DNA from: Octopus vulgaris
Lineage: Eukaryota
DNA length: 64,000 nucleotides
NCBI GenBank assembly: GCA_951406725.2
Contig: OX597815.1
Span: 123,504,001-123,568,000, forward strand
Direction of reading: 5' to 3'
Shown here: in pieces, positions 1 through 15,399 of the stretch
Numbering within the stretch: position 1 is the first letter of the stretch
How the letters are laid out: the number at the start of each line of letters is the position of its first letter
Position numbers and translations under genes: made by a program
Notes under the pieces: model-generated
The model's input: only the letters and a program-made list of their open reading frames with translations
What the model was told of the DNA's origin: nothing
The model's database searches: none

Positions 1-2478
1 ACACAATTACTGTACATACCAAGGAAAGTTTGTACACTCTATAGTCCCGGACAATTTGCAACTAAAACCATCAAAGTCTTTACAAATGCTAGGCCTCAAA
101 ATCACTGATCTCTTCTGTCAAATTTACATTCCAAAGACTAGCCTTCCTCTATTGAGAGCAGTTGCTGTCATTCTATAAAGCTCAAAGCTCAGAATGAAAC
201 ATAGCTCTAAGATAAGAGACAATGCTACTGTTACACAAAAACTCTAGCTAATTTGCAAAGACATAGACCAGCACACTTCAACCTTTAACCTGCATGTGTG
301 CTCTCTTTTACCAATTCTACTATGACTAAAACAGCCTCAACTATTTAGATCTGATAGCATCATTACCAACTTTCACCCAATCTATTCATCACTTCCTTGT
401 ACCACTACTCCAATCCCAAACTTCACACAACCCACTATACCCAGTACTTTCTGACTATCACACTTTCTACCAATATTTTTCCTGCTGCTTTTTGACTTTA
501 AAATGTTCAAATTTAATGCCAACAGCACCAATTTCTCCTATCCCAAAGGGCCTGTGAAAGTCATGTGAAGAATTTAAAAACTAAAATAAAAAAAATTAAA
601 ATATTGCTTTCATAGGCATCAACATGAGCCTTAAACTCCTCTTGCTTGTATTATCAAACCAAACTTTTTTCAGTATTCTAACAAGGGTCTCAAACTCACT
701 TTGTATTCATGTGATTTTAGGTTTGGTCCCACTAAATAGCAAGTGATTTGGCTGTATTTTCCAACTGACTAAAGTTTTTTCTAAATGAAATTTGGTAGAC
801 TAAAATTGTCTGGAGAGACTTTCATGTGTGGGTGTTGGTGGGTGCTGTGTGCATGCTGGTGTAAAATGGTGCAGCAAGTTGCTTCTTTTTAGCAACAAAA
901 TGTTATTTAGCCAACTGACAGATTGGATAGCTGCAGTCCAATAACTGACACTAGTAAGAAGAGAAATTACTATTAGATTAACATTCAAACTGAAAAACTA
1001 AGAAGCAAGTTTCCAACAGCCAAGTCTGATTTCAGATCCCATTCCAAGTCTTCTTTTCACCTGACTTATATCACTAAATAATTATGAAAGGAATTAATAT
1101 CAAAACCCTTGATGCCTTCTATCCTACTGAATACATCTGACCATGAATCAAAGCCATTCATTGTTATTTACACTATTAAGATAAAAATTATTTTTATTTT
1201 TATGATTTAAAAAAAAATATATATATATATATGGTAATTAATATTCACATATACAAATGAAACTTTTCTAATACAAACCAAGCATGTGACTAGATGTTTG
1301 TTAAACCAGAACTGTAAATAGAAGCCATCAGGATAATCAAACATCAAGTTGCCAAATGTTAATTAGGCAGAAAGAACATAAAACTCAGAAGGTTCAAAAT
1401 ATAATTGTTATTCTATATTGATGTTTTAGGTTTACTGGTGCCAAAAATATTGGCCTGTGCTGAAGTTTAGCAGTTGGATTAAGCAGTTTGGAAAATTCAT
1501 CAAAATGCCAGTAAGTTATTAAATAAATTTACTTAAAGTGAATATTTTCTGGCAAATTGTACAATTCAAAATTATAGGTACTCCACTACTTTAAAAATAT
1601 CTAAAAAGAAAAATAAAGGCTTGACTTATAACTTTATGTGCATCACAAAGCATCTTAATTTAACAAAAATGATGTTCAAGTGGTCAGCTCAATTTTAAAA
1701 ATTTTGTTTTTATTACACTTAACACCTTCCTAAGATTTTTTCAATAAAATATATTACTTCTGAGAGTACAAGCAGGTTTTTTAACCAGAAAATAAAATTT
1801 ATTTTCCTATTGATAGAATATTGCTCAATTATTGACTCATTTGTCATTCGTTTATACTGAATGAAAATGTATATTTAGCAGGTTCAATAAAAAATATATT
1901 TAAGAGATTTTCAGCTCACAACTGTTTAAATAAAAATAAAATCAATTGTGACTATAGGTTGAAAAGAAAATAAGTTGTAGCAAATAATATGAATTAATTT
2001 CAGAACTACTAACATAAATGATTTGTGAAAAAAGAATAGATGTTAGAACTCGTGATACTTAGTGACTGGCTATAAATTTGAACTAATAAAAACTGTAGTA
2101 GCATGGTGTTTATAAACCTATAAATACAGTTTCGAGTTAATAAATCTTCTAAATAACTTCAGAAAACTAAAGATATTGATCATTGGCTTCTTGACTACCT
2201 TCAGAAGGAGACCATCTGTCAGATCAATAAACAGTTTGTCAGATTTTATAACTAACTACTTCATACTATGACAGTGGATACAAAGCTTACCGAATTATTT
2301 TGTTATCCCAACTAAAATCTAGCTGATGTTAAGTTTTAGTTAGAATAGTTAGAACCTAACTTCTTGTTACCATTCTCACTGAGTTTCTTTTAGGCTCCAC
2401 CTAGTTAAATTCCCTACATTTTACTCCTAAAATCATCTCACAGTATACCATTATACCATATGTGTGTGTGTGTGTGTG

Positions 2479-2531
<53 letters not shown>

Positions 2532-4621
2532 TACATACATACACACACACACACAGCCAAACACTAGACTGCTATCACCCAGACACATGAAGCATCAAGG
2601 TTTCAACAAGTTATGAGCAACATATTTCCACTGTGAACATAAAAACATTACTAAATTAATTCATAACATTCAGTTAAATACAGAAAGCACGTTGCCAAAA
2701 TTCTTACAAATACGGTTTAACATTTGTACTGTAAATGAGGGGGGAAAAAAGTTGAATATTAAGTTTGAAGCTTAATTTTTGCTGACCTACTTTCATTCCA
2801 CCCATGTAGCTTTGAATGAGTACAGAGGGAAAAACTATTCATTGATCTATTATAAATGATCTATAAGTGAAACAGAATGCTGAATAACTTACTCAATAAT
2901 CAATAAATTTTGGCATGAAGTTGGCATTACCTATAGTATTACTTCTTTGGTAGCAACAGTTTTGTAGCACAAAGAACTTCATGAGTAAAAGACTTAAATG
3001 CAAACTTATTTCCTTGAAGTAAGTTTTTAAGATCAGTATATACACATATACACACACATAAGTATGTGTAAGTATGTGTGTGTGTATACATACGGTATTT
3101 TCTTTTATATGTAGTTCTAAATATTAACTAAATAATGCTGAATCTAATTTTGTTTCCTTTTATTCTAGTATATATGTGTATTAGTCATTAGTCATGTGCA
3201 TTTTTTTCAATCTATTCCGCTTTCTTTGGTTTGTGTTGATACCATATGTTGTTTGAAGTAAATATGTTACAAATTTTAACACGAGTGCTTACGACTTCAT
3301 TGCTGCCAATTGTAAATCTAAACTGACAGTAGCAACAAGAGCAACAACCTTGTTATGTGATGCCACAAGGAAGAATTAGAGTTTCAACTTACATTATGCC
3401 ATTTGAAAGAAAAAAAAATTAAGGTGTCCCAATTAGAAATCAATTTCAGCTGACAGATCTGAATACATTAATGAAATATAGTAACTATACCATCTATATT
3501 AATAATTAAAAAAACATTTAGTGTCAGACACAAACTGGAACCCTCATATTAATACATGGATAAAGAAAATTATTTTCCCACTTAATCACTCGAAAAAGAA
3601 TGTGTTATACACCCTACCCATATTCTTATAAAAAAAGGAAAAGGTAACAGCAATAAAAAAGCACAGACCAAATCCAAAAAATCTCTACTCCTCATATATA
3701 TACATTAGAAGAATGGCTTTTAAATAAAGAAAAAAATGTGTGTGCATATATGTATATGAAAACTTGGTCTTTGCATATTACATTGTAAGCTACTCCTCTA
3801 AGAGGTCAATGACTGAGTAAGTAGTACTTATAGTAGAATAGAGGATATTCTTTAGTCCAACTGCAGGAAACTTCTAATGCCTAAAATGTACCCAGTCTAT
3901 TTTATAGGATATACACTGAAATGGCCTGTTTCTCTGTAGTCAAGGTAGCAAATTACTATGATGGGTGGTGAGACAAAAGACCATAGCAGGTGGCAAAATG
4001 AAGAACCACAGTAGGTGCTACAGTCAACAACTTGACCTCAATCTCAAGTTCAACAACCAAATCATTAGAAAAAAAAATCTTTAAAGATTTTTTCAAAACA
4101 CATATTTAGAAATCAGTACAAGAAAGCCAATACCTTTCTTTCAGGCCATATTTAATCTAAGGTCTACCAACATAAAATTCTATCTTTTGCAAAATCCTAA
4201 AGAAACAAAAGGCCATATCTGCTTTACACTTCTGATTTATAGAAAATTCTATTATCTAATCTATTCTGTAACAATCACTCAAGCTCATCTCGTAGACACA
4301 GGGTCTTTAGATCTCTAAAATATTTCCAAATAGGTAGTTTACTAAATCCTCACACTTTTTTCTAGTATATTAAATATTTTTTATAAACATACATTTTATT
4401 CCATTTTTATTGCATTTCTCCTCTGAAGAGATAGTAAATAATTTTAACAAAGGTACATAAAGTAACAATGCATTATTACATACAGCCATTGCTGTATTTT
4501 AATCATAACTTCTCTATTATGTAATATCATACAGCAGTAACCTATAACCCCAAAATTTTAAGTGTAATAAAGCTTTACCTTTTACTTCATTAATTTAACT
4601 GTTTAAACTTTAATACAATTC

Positions 4622-5066
4622 TTAACCCACCCCAGTCCACTCAAAAGTACCTTGGATTGTAGGGCAACCTGCTGTGCTTGAGGAGACCCATTGAGTCAGG
4701 TACATCAACATCAAATTGAAAATCAAATGGAAATTGTAGTTGTGATACCCATGCCGGTGACATGTAAAAAGCACCACCTGAATGTGGCTAATGCCAGCGC
4801 CTCCTTGACTGGCTTCCATGCCGGTGGCACATAAAAAGTACCAACCGATCGTGGCCGTTTCCAGCCTCCTCTGGCCCGTGCCAGTAGCACATAAAAAGCA
4901 CCCATTACACTCTCAGAGTGGCTGGTGTTAGGAAGGGCATCCTGCTGTAGAAACACTGCCAGATCAGACTGGAGCCTGGTGCAGCCTCCTGGCTTCCCAG
5001 ACCCCAATTGAACCATCCAACCCATGCTAGCACAGAAAACAGATGTTAAACGATAATGATGATGCT
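4622..5066 (+). mobile_element. Non-autonomous repeat with RTE-type 3' tail ending (GAT)n
   Basis: GGCACATAAAAAGCACCC...GTTAGGAAGGGCATCC...CCAACCCATGCTAGCA...GTTAAACGATAATGATGATG; the same tail recurs many times in the window. Confidence 0.75.
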
Positions 5067-8000
5067 TCACTAACTTTCAGTTACTGTACTTAATTTTCAT
5101 CCACAACTGATTTTCAACTACCTTGAATTTTTGATTTAGCTTCATACCTAAAATCATCCCATTTTATTCCATGGTTTCCGTCATTTTTTTTATTGTGTAA
5201 CCTAGCATAAGGTTAATGATACACCATTTTACCAACTATAACCATTTTTCTTTATTTTAATCCTGTTTATTTCTTTCTTTTTTGCTGTTATAACCTTTAT
5301 GTAGTTTCATCAGAAAGTATTCATTACCAGACAATTTTCTTAACTGGTATTTTTTTTTTTTGTAAAGTCTATTTGGCTTTATAATTCTATCTAAATATTC
5401 CTTAATTTATTCTCAAGTATTTTATACACAAACATACACTTTATTAATTTGATACAACCAAGTAACAGTGTTATTTTAAGAGACACATTGCTGTCTATAT
5501 ATTTAACTATATTGCTTCTTTACACAAAAACTAAGAGATAATTTCAAGTTTTTTTTTTTTTACATCTTGTGTACTACAGTTGTTTATATATTGTATTCAC
5601 TTCATATGCACATTCAGTTTTCAAAGAATTAGATGAATATTATTGTAACATTACAACAGGATGCCCTTCCTGTTGCTAACTATTATTTTCAAGTAAGAGA
5701 TCTCTTATTTCACATGTCTTCAAAGGTACAGGATTTGTTGACAGGAAAAATGACAGCACTGCTTGTAACTTGCAAATTTACTCTAAAATTGCAAGCACAA
5801 ATGTAAAGAAACAGACAAACACATCCATACACACTTGCATACATATTTACAGATTTACAGCCGGCATTGTTCACTCTCTGATTACCAAATCCACTCCCAA
5901 GACTTTAGTTGATCTGAGGCTATAGTAGGTGTCAAATAGTAGGACTGAACCTGAAACCTCGTGGTTGAGAAGTAAACTTAATCACATAAACTTGCATTTT
6001 TAATAATCAATGAAAGTAACATTGAAAACCATGAATATTGGCACTAAGTAACATTGAAAATCTGGGTTTGGCATGAATCTCAGGAAGAGCATGTATAGGG
6101 AACTCTCATCAAGATTGAAAAATCCTCACAAGAAACGTATTCTGGCAGCAGAAATCAGATGTGAGCATTGCAAAGCCTTGTCATAGACCACATATGTCTG
6201 TTTTTTCCATGCCAGAAGTGGTTTCATGAGCCACCGTAAGACATAAACTCAACCACATAATCAAAGTCATTGTTTTCATCAATCATCACCAGAGAAACAC
6301 AAATATATATTCCAAAAATCACGTTTTCTAAACGCTATTACTTCAAGATTAGCAGATTTATCAATTTATAGATCTAAAATCCTATTTGCCTGAACACCTA
6401 GGGCCATGTCCCTTTTAAATCTATCCATATAGTCTGTAACCACTTTTTCTTTTGTTTATTTTTATTTTCAAAATGTTCATATTTACCCCTAAACAAAAGT
6501 CATAAGCAGTTTTTCAAAACCAATATCCTTGAATATCCATCTTAGTTTCACACATCTATCAATAAATAGATTTTCTATTGATTCAATGTTTATCTACACA
6601 CACATTTTATTTTTTTGCTATATTACATTGCTTGTAATTTCTTTGAATATTACTCACATATTAATAAATCAAAACATGTTTTTTGTTAATTGAATATCAT
6701 TGCATTGCATATTTCAAATAACTTTTAGTGATGGTATTTTGCACACAAACATTTTATTGATTTGAAATCATGGTGTATAAGATTACACTGAATCTCTATA
6801 GATGTTTTGTTAAAGAACACCATTGGCTGTCAGCCCTAATGTTATGAAACTAAAATATTTCAACCAAAACAGTAACATTTTATCTATTTCATAACAGCAT
6901 AGTTTAAAAATAAAAAATTGATCTCACATTCCTAGGTCCTTTTAACTGAAATTCATTTAAAGGCAATTCTTGCACATGCATGCACAAGTCTGGGCAATAT
7001 TTTTCAAAGGAGACTAACAGTTGCTCATGCATGCAACTCTCTCCTCTCCATATCAAGGGAAATATGCCAACTTAGACCGACACAACATTGTGTCAGTATT
7101 GATGATGTCAGAATGCAAAGAACTAGAACAAATACTGCAAGACATTTTTGTCTGACCCCCTAAACAGTTCTACAACTCCACCAGTCTGGATTGGACCTTT
7201 TTTTTTTTTTTTTTCATCAACCCCAAAATTATGAAAAGTAAAGTTGGCCTAAATGAGATTTGAAGCAAGAACACAGAGCTGGAATAGCAAAGCATTCCTA
7301 TCCAATGCTCTAATGACTATACACACACACACATACACACACTGTACAACATTACCTTTATCATATATCAGATGAAAATCACAATAGTTTCCTCACCTCC
7401 CAACAGTATCACACTCTCTAATGATGCCAATTAGCATTGATGTTACCAGGATATTTCCAGGTCCTTTTGACCAACACTGTTTTCCCCTCCATCAGCCACT
7501 ACAGCAAACCAAGCGAGGCTGTAACATAACTACTCAAACCACACTGCAACTATTTTGTTTTACTGTTTGATGAGTCCTTTCTAATTGTATCCTTGATGAA
7601 ACATTTAGAGCATGCTATGCTCCCCTATCCAGTTCAAAAATCAGTGTTATCTTTTCTAAGACCAATGCAAAGTAGGTATGACATAGCAGATCTGGTTACA
7701 AACTTGCAAAATTCCATATCTAATATACATCATTATTTTACATCTATTTTTCATATTAGTACGATCTGGAAATATCATATTATAAATCACTTCTTCATAC
7801 ACCACTCTAAAATACTGTTTTCTTTACATCTATTGATACATTCAAACAAACAATTCTGTTGTCAAACATGGCATAATCATGGAGTGTCCATTGTCAGCTA
7901 ATGAAAGAGAAATGATTTGTGTCCTGCTTTGTGCTGTTGCATGTCCTATTCATGTCCCCTATTTTGTGTGCAAAATTTTCTATCATGTGTACATACATTC

Positions 8001-8639
8001 ATTGTTTTATGGTTTAGTCAGAAAAGGAAGAGTAGTAACCATTACTTTCAGGATCCATATCACTAGTGACAAAGTTATTGTGACCAAAGACTTAGCCTGA
8101 ATGCTTTCATTAGAATAGACACAACTAGAAACACCCAAGAGCAATGAGTAGTGTTAAACCAGGTAACCAACTAAATCTACCACTATAGAAGAGGAACAGC
8201 TCACCTGAGGAGCTTTTGGACAGTTTCCATCTGCTAAATTACATATATGAAGATTTGGTTGATCTGAAGTCTATTATAGAAGGTACAGCCAAGGATGTGT
8301 ATTGAGATTGAACCTGAAGCTATTTAGTTTTACAGCAAACAGCCACACAACCATGCCTACACGCCATGATTCTTCATGGAAATATATATACTCAAAGAGT
8401 TTTAATGCTGTCTCTGTACTATGTAGGATGCAAGGTAAATATTTTATTTATATATTAACTGGTCAAAATTCATATCAAAAATGTATTTCTTAAATCCTGA
8501 ATACAGCAGAATAGTTTTGCTAACATGTAGTTATAGATGAAACAGTTGATTCTTTGATGAAAGAAATGTTCAGAACATTTCTATCAAGAATGAATATTCT
8601 GAGAGCTAATATAGCAGAACAAAGAAAGCTTGTAAGTCT

Positions 8640-9200
8640 ATGTTTCATATAATAAACCCTGAGGTCAGTGTCATCATTATTGTTCGACCGTGGTCAGAAA
8701 CTGAAGACAATCACGAAAAGGAGGATAGCATTAAAGATATAAAATATATAAGAGATTATGCTGCAAAATGTATTTCAAGAAGTCAAATGACAAGAAAAAA
8801 AAAGAACATTGTTTTCAAGAGCCACAGACATTATTTGATCAGACATTGGGGAAATGGTCACAGCAGTGTCAACAATCACCTCTTTATATATGAATTCTAA
8901 AATTTAAAAATTATTTAGAATCATAAGTTCTACATATAAAACGAGTTGGTCCATCTGAAGAAATAGTAAATGAGATTTATGAAGAGACACATGAGGTACA
9001 AAAGAAGCTATTTGCAAGAGACACTGTTTATACTTACACCTAAATTAAATGATAAAGAAAATAGCATAATGTTGGAAACTATAAATAATCCATGAAAAAG
9101 GAAATAGGGAGAGCATGAGAAGAGATTAACAACAAATGGCGGTGCCCCAGCATGGCCACAGCTCATTAGCTGAAACTGGAAAAATCAAAATCAATCAAAT
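8640..9200 (+). mobile_element. Highly decayed LINE (CR1/L2-like) 3' end whose tail is shared with the tRNA-derived SINE family
   Basis: Ends in GGCGGTGCCCCAGCATGGCCACAGCTC...CTGAAAC, the same tail as the SINEs at 23600-23640 and 60620-60660 (minus). The upstream body is not SINE-like. Confidence 0.4.
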
Positions 9201-10129
9201 CAAAATCATCATCATAATAGAAATTGTAATTCATAGAATATTATTTGTATCATAGATATGTGCTATATTTTTTTAAATACATAAAATGTCAATAATGCAT
9301 AATTGTGTAGTTGTTCATGACCAAGATAAATTTAGCTAACATTAAATGTTGTCTAGAGATCTTCTGTAGGCAGCACAGTCACAACTAAGGTTTTTGAAAT
9401 TATCTATCCATCAGCTGTTGACAGTTGTTTGTTCTTTTATAAGGTTTCAACCTTCCCCAGGCAATACTGTTATGACCTTCTGTACTTGCCAGCTACAAGA
9501 GAAATGCTATGAACAACAAACTGTTGTGCAGGACTTTCATTTACTTCTCCAAAGTATTTGATTCCATAAATTATTAGGCTTTGTGAAAGCTACTAGCCAA
9601 CTTTGATGCAATCACAACTTCTGCACAACATGAACACCAAAGTGCAGTGCTAGTTTTCTACAAGGAATCAATTTGAAGCAAGAACTAAAGCCAGCTCTTT
9701 TACTCTGTTAGATTCATTGTTTCTAATATAGCAACATATATATATATAAAGCTGGTTCTAGCTGGCCCAGTTTGATCTTGTTTGAAGAAAACATGGTTAA
9801 TTCACTGCCTAGATCCCAGTATGTCCCAGCTTGCTCCCATTCTTCCTATAACCCCTTGCACTCACCCCTTAGCCACCACCAGATCAACCAAACAGCTTGT
9901 GTGACAAGCCACTTGCTACAAGGTTTTCACTTTGAACAACACCTTGGAAATAAGAATAACAACAACACTAGTAATAAGCAGTAGTAACTCCCATACTACC
10001 CTTTAATATATTTAAGCCTTTTAGCTTTTATAACTGAACTACTACTAAAGTCTGATGTGTTCCCTCTCTCTACCCCTCTCTTGCAGCCCCCCTCTTTTTT
10101 TTTTCAACCACCAAAACACTAGTGTTGGG

Positions 10130-12440
10130 CCATCAGCAACTAAACCAGCAACCCCCACGGAGTTTGTTTTTTGAGGAGGGTGTTTTTGTTGCTACTTGGC
10201 CACCCAGCAGGATTAAATACAAGACATGTCAAAGGGTAGATGAACTCTGAAGAGTCTAATGAAGAGTCCAAATAAGCAACTCTTGTTATTAGCTGCACTG
10301 CTTATTAAGCCCTTACCCACTTAAGACAGTGGTGCTAATAACTGCCTTACAGCAATACCCACTTAAGGGAAAAGCTTCAGGAGTAAACCCAAAGGATAAA
10401 TCCAGAGCTGGAGTCCCTAAGACAGTTCCATGCGGTAAACAACATTCTGGCAACTCATGCAGCCCCAATGGAGCCAAGTCATACAGGCCCCCACCCAAAG
10501 GCTATTTTCGATGAAGGGAGAAGCCATTGTGCTTCACTGGACAGCTACTGCCCACCTCAAGCTTGACAGTCCCCAGCCAGTTAAGTGCTGTCCTTCACAG
10601 CCCACCTGCTCTACTGGGTGTGTGGGACTTAGGGAAACTAATATCCTGAATCATGGGCTGTAAACATTGCACCAAGAAAAGCAAATGACAAAAGAAACCA
10701 GTATTCAGACTTGGACGCTGGAACATGACAACTGGTCTGTCAGAAGATCTTCAAAAGATCAGCAACACATGTATGACAAAAGTGATCAACAACTGCTACA
10801 GCTCTGAATAAACATTGCAACACTTCAGGAAATGAGGCTCATAGATTCTTGGACCCTTCGTGAAAGAGAGTATATCTTTTTCTGGCAAGGGAAAGGTATA
10901 GCTGAAGCTAGAGAGTATGGTGTCGGCTTTTCTGTAAGGAATTCTCTGCTGAAGTTGGTAGAACTCAGCAGTAATGGTTTAGAGTAGATACTCTCACTCT
11001 GATTGCACACTTCTGATGGGCCTGTCAACCTCAACAGCACTTATATATCAACCCTCTATTCTACAAAAGATGTCAAGGATAAGTTCTATGATCAACTCTC
11101 TACGAAAATACAGGTGATACCAAATGGAGAACAGCTGATACTACTTGGCAACTTCAATACCAGAGTGGGAGCTGATCATGAATCCTGCCACCAAAGAAAA
11201 ACGCACTTGACAAAAGGAAAAATCAGTAGCGCTAGTAGAGATTTCCTTTAAATGAAGTCACTATATGCATGACTGCCACTCCTGCATGGGCCTCTACAAA
11301 CACAGCTGACACTGCATTACCATCAGCAACTGAGACAATTTTTTCAGGTATAGATTCATGGTCTCTCGAGACTGAAGGCTGCTTACTATTAGCTTATTAC
11401 AAGTAAACTCCCACCTGGCATTCAGATTTCATACTGCATAGATGACAAGTTAAAAGACCCTAGTAGACACCATGCCAGAGAAAAGACCATGACTACATCA
11501 GTAATCGAACTTCAATAGACAGATGATACCAGATAATGCAGCTTCAGCAAAACTACAAGATACAATTAACATTGTTGTAGAAGCATATGAAAACATGGCT
11601 ACAAGTTTCAACATAAAACAAAGGTCTTGCCTCAATGAGCAACCAACAAACAGGAAATAATCCAGCTATTCAGATATATAGACAGATCATAGAAAATGTT
11701 AAGTGCCTCCAGTATCTGAATAGTTGTCTATCACAAAATGCAGATATTGATGAGGAAGTTCAACACCAGATAAAATGTATTGATGCAATGTTTAGTTGTC
11801 TGAGAAGATGGTTAAATGAAAATCGTGATATGAGAAACAACCAAACCAATAGTATATGTAGTAGTGTTGTACCCAATCAGTATCATGGCGTTGAAACTTC
11901 CAGAAGTTACAGGCAAAAATCTCAACAAGGAAATATCACACCATATATGTTTATGGAAAATCATGTATATTAAGTGGCAGAACAAATAGAATAATATCAG
12001 TGTGTTTAAGCAAGCCAATATCTCCTGCACTGAAACCATGTTTATGTGACATCAACTTTGATTGATTGCCATATCATGCAAATGACACACCATGTTGTCC
12101 AAACAGTTGTTTTACTCTCAGATGAATAAAGGAAAGCACCACACAGCAAACAAAGAGAGCATTTTAAAGATGTACCATCATTTAATGTCCACTTTCCCAT
12201 GCTTGCAAGCATCAGACAATATGTGAAGAGATGGCTCATTTATTATGGAGCCTAATACTTCAACTCAACATCAAGCCAACATCTCAATGATAAATTTGAG
12301 TGTAGAAAGCTGTGTGAAGCAACCAACATAGTACTTATCTGCATCCAAAATTTTCATCTTCATCCAGATTTATGGATCTTACATTGGCCTACATAATTGC
12401 ATGTAGATCCAAAGAAGTTAAATCTGGTTAGCAATTATCT
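10130..12440 (+). mobile_element. Degenerate RTE/BovB-like LINE: 5' UTR, AP endonuclease and partial RT, internally deleted
   Basis: APE motifs LQEMRL...YIFFWQGK...EYGVGFSV...KDKFYDQL...ILLGNFNTRVG (10820-11190); RT/thumb remnant ENVKCLQYLNS...IDEEVQHQI (11635-11973). Frameshifts and stops throughout. Confidence 0.85.
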
Positions 12441-12870
12441 CCCAACAACATATTTATATAAAAATGAACAGTATAAACAATTAATGAACCCTACAAACTG
12501 CATCACAAGCTACCTGAGTGAGGGTAGTAACTCCAAAGTCTCCTTGTCTGGGGCAACCTTTTGAGTGCTAGTAAGCAGCACAATGAATTGACCCAGACTA
12601 CACTTTATAACACATACATCAATATTGTTTTCTCTGTTGCTATGTGCACAAAAATATTAGACAGCAACAAATGTGAGCCCAGTTCATGCCAGTATGGTAA
12701 AATAGACATAAAATTATGATTGTGCCTGCGAGTGTGTGATGTGCATGTCAAACAAACATAGATTTTACCTCTTCATACTATAAGTAATACCGTAACATGA
12801 CATCTGTAGTAACAATGTAAAAACTCAGTTAATTGTTATTAAATGTTATGCACTGAGTATTCATTGCTTC

Positions 12871-12932
<62 letters not shown>

Positions 12933-12933
<1 letters not shown>

Positions 12934-13580
12934 TTTCCCATGTCAGCATGAACTGATTGGACAGGCCTGTTTCAATACAAAATTTTGCCACTTGTAGTCC
13001 ATCGTTGTGAGGTTCAGCATCTTGAGATCAAACCTCACTGCTCATTACTACATCTGAGAACTTCCTCATTCTAGCACATACTAACACAATTTTTCTTCTC
13101 TTTTGTTCATGCTCCTTATTTCATTCCAGCCTTTGTATACATTCCACATATCTTACTGTCATACAATATAATGCTTCATGCACAATCATCATACAATCAA
13201 CCCTTAACTTTGAGAGAAGCCTTTTGTTTCCTGAGGTTTTCACAGTCCTAACTTTGCTACTATGCTTTCACAACATCCATTTCCATTGTTAATCAGAACA
13301 ATTAGGTAACAGACCTATCAACTATTTATACAAGCTTTCTAGGCACTTCAGAAAAGCTTCCTTTTTCAAATACTCTAACAGCTCACTACACCTGTACATC
13401 TATTACATACAATCAACTTATCTATCAGCCACTCTGAGATTCTTCTACACCTTTTGTGCACTCATTGTTTACACTGAGTTTAGAGTTTCTATCTATTTCC
13501 TTTCTTCATAGTGAGTGTGGTTGCTACTTAATTGATAGTAATGCTCTGTTCTTTCCTACAGAGTTTTCTTAACCACCACT
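12933..13580 (-). mobile_element. RTE LINE 3' fragment (same family as 56975-59105)
   Basis: Shares recognisable segments (catcatacaatc...ctttgagagaagcc, tgtgaggttcagcatcttgag) with the RTE copy at 57-58 kb. Confidence 0.6.
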
Positions 13581-15399
13581 AGACTACAGAGGGTAGTACC
13601 TTGGCAAAAGCTTACTGTCAAAACAGCTGTTGTGTGATCATTTAAATGAATTACATATGGAGTTATTGCAAAAACAGAGATTGTGTGAGAAGCTTTGCCT
13701 GTGTGTTCTCACTTCACAAGGAAGCTGTAATGGAAAATGTTTCCTTGATATGTGCAGGTACGTTGAGATAGGAGCTCCTGAAGGAGATAAAGTTACAATC
13801 CATTTAAAGTTGTTTGCAAGATTACTATCTGTGAGAGAACAAATCTAATATTAAGAGTCAAGATCAAATACTATTTAGCTCCTGGTCAGCTTTGATTGAA
13901 TGGATCTATGATAAAAGGCATTCAAGCAATGACTATCCCATATTTTCAATCATACTTTAATCTTAGGCTATATTATCCATCATGTTTCTTTAAAGATGGA
14001 AGAATGTGATTTAAGTGATGTGGTTGTTATTTTTAGTAAATAAAATGATTATGTAGCAGTCCCACTCCCTTGTAAGTTACATATAGATGATGTCTGTGTA
14101 CAGACATTTAGAAAACTTGTCTGCATTACTGTGCTCTATGGTTTGAAACAAGTAGGTCATCAAGTTTTAAACTAAATCTATTTCTATTCAAGCCAACAGC
14201 TATGAATTTCATATAAAAATATAAATACCAATGTAATCACAAATAAGAATACAAAATAAAAGGTAGTGTCTGGGTGATTAGATAAAAACAGACTGAAAGG
14301 TTCACAGATGCAATTACGTCTATATACCTTTCAATCTTGGTATTACCCAAAAGAAATAAGACACAACTTGATACTACATAATGTGTACAAGCTACCTTTG
14401 TCAATCCTGAACTAGAAATATCATATGAAGCCATTAAATATTGCAGTTTTATTTCACATCTGATACATGGGAAGGTGAACGGGGCTGGGGCGGGGTATGA
14501 AAGAAATGTATATAGTAAATATCCATGGAGCTTCAACTTTATATTGCATCATCTGAAAAGTGGCATCTGGTATGTAGCACAACATTATCATTGATCAAGC
14601 ACGACAAGTTACCTGAAGATGAAATACAAACAATAAGCTGTGGAACTAGTTTCAGCATATACATTTTAATTTTCTGGTTACTTTCTGCAAATATTTAATT
14701 GAAGTAACGATTTCATTATTCCTCTGATCAATTAAACCTGCAAGAATTAATATTACTAGATAAAAGGGGTTAACAAGTACTGTCAATTTGGCCCAAGATT
14801 AAACTATCTAGTAAAGCAAAGACAATGGCTCTTACATCTGTTTAAGATGAAAAATAAGCCGTGTCAGTGTGAGTGGTAAAGTATGTACAGAGTAGGTCTT
14901 GATGTTTTACAGTATCCCATTACAGTCATCAGGCTTCCAAGTTCAAATTCTCATGCAGTTGTACTTTATTGTCATCTCTAAAAATATTACTAGCAATACT
15001 TGTAGATTAATTCCAGAACAATAACAATACTTCCTGTAAACAGTCCTTGTCAATACAGAAACCACTAAGTGATCATTCTGCATACTAAAAGTAACCAAAT
15101 CTCTCTCAAATCAGGTCTTGCAAAAAGGGATACAGATAATGTAGGACTATGTTAAAAAAGAAATCAAGGCGACTGTTGGTCAATTTCCTTTTATGATAGT
15201 GCTGGTCCTTGCACCTTAGAAATGCATCAATGTATCATCAATGTTTAATATTTAGTTTCTCCTAGCTAGGTTCTGAGTTTAAACAGGAGCTGTAGTTGGT
15301 TTTAATCCAGCTAGGTGGGGGAGGTGGTATTTACAATATGTCTAACAAGTACAGAGGTTGAGTAAATTGACTACACACCTCATGAAAAATTAATAAAGT

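Noticed and set aside
2708-2728. 21-nt minus-strand micro-exon candidate (ttttttcccccctcatttacag|TACAAATGTTAAACCGTATTT|gtaaga) in the ABCA2 intron
   Set aside because: Gives YKC-stop in the ABCA2 frame and has no homology. Such site pairs are expected by chance in a 40-kb intron; RNA evidence would be needed.
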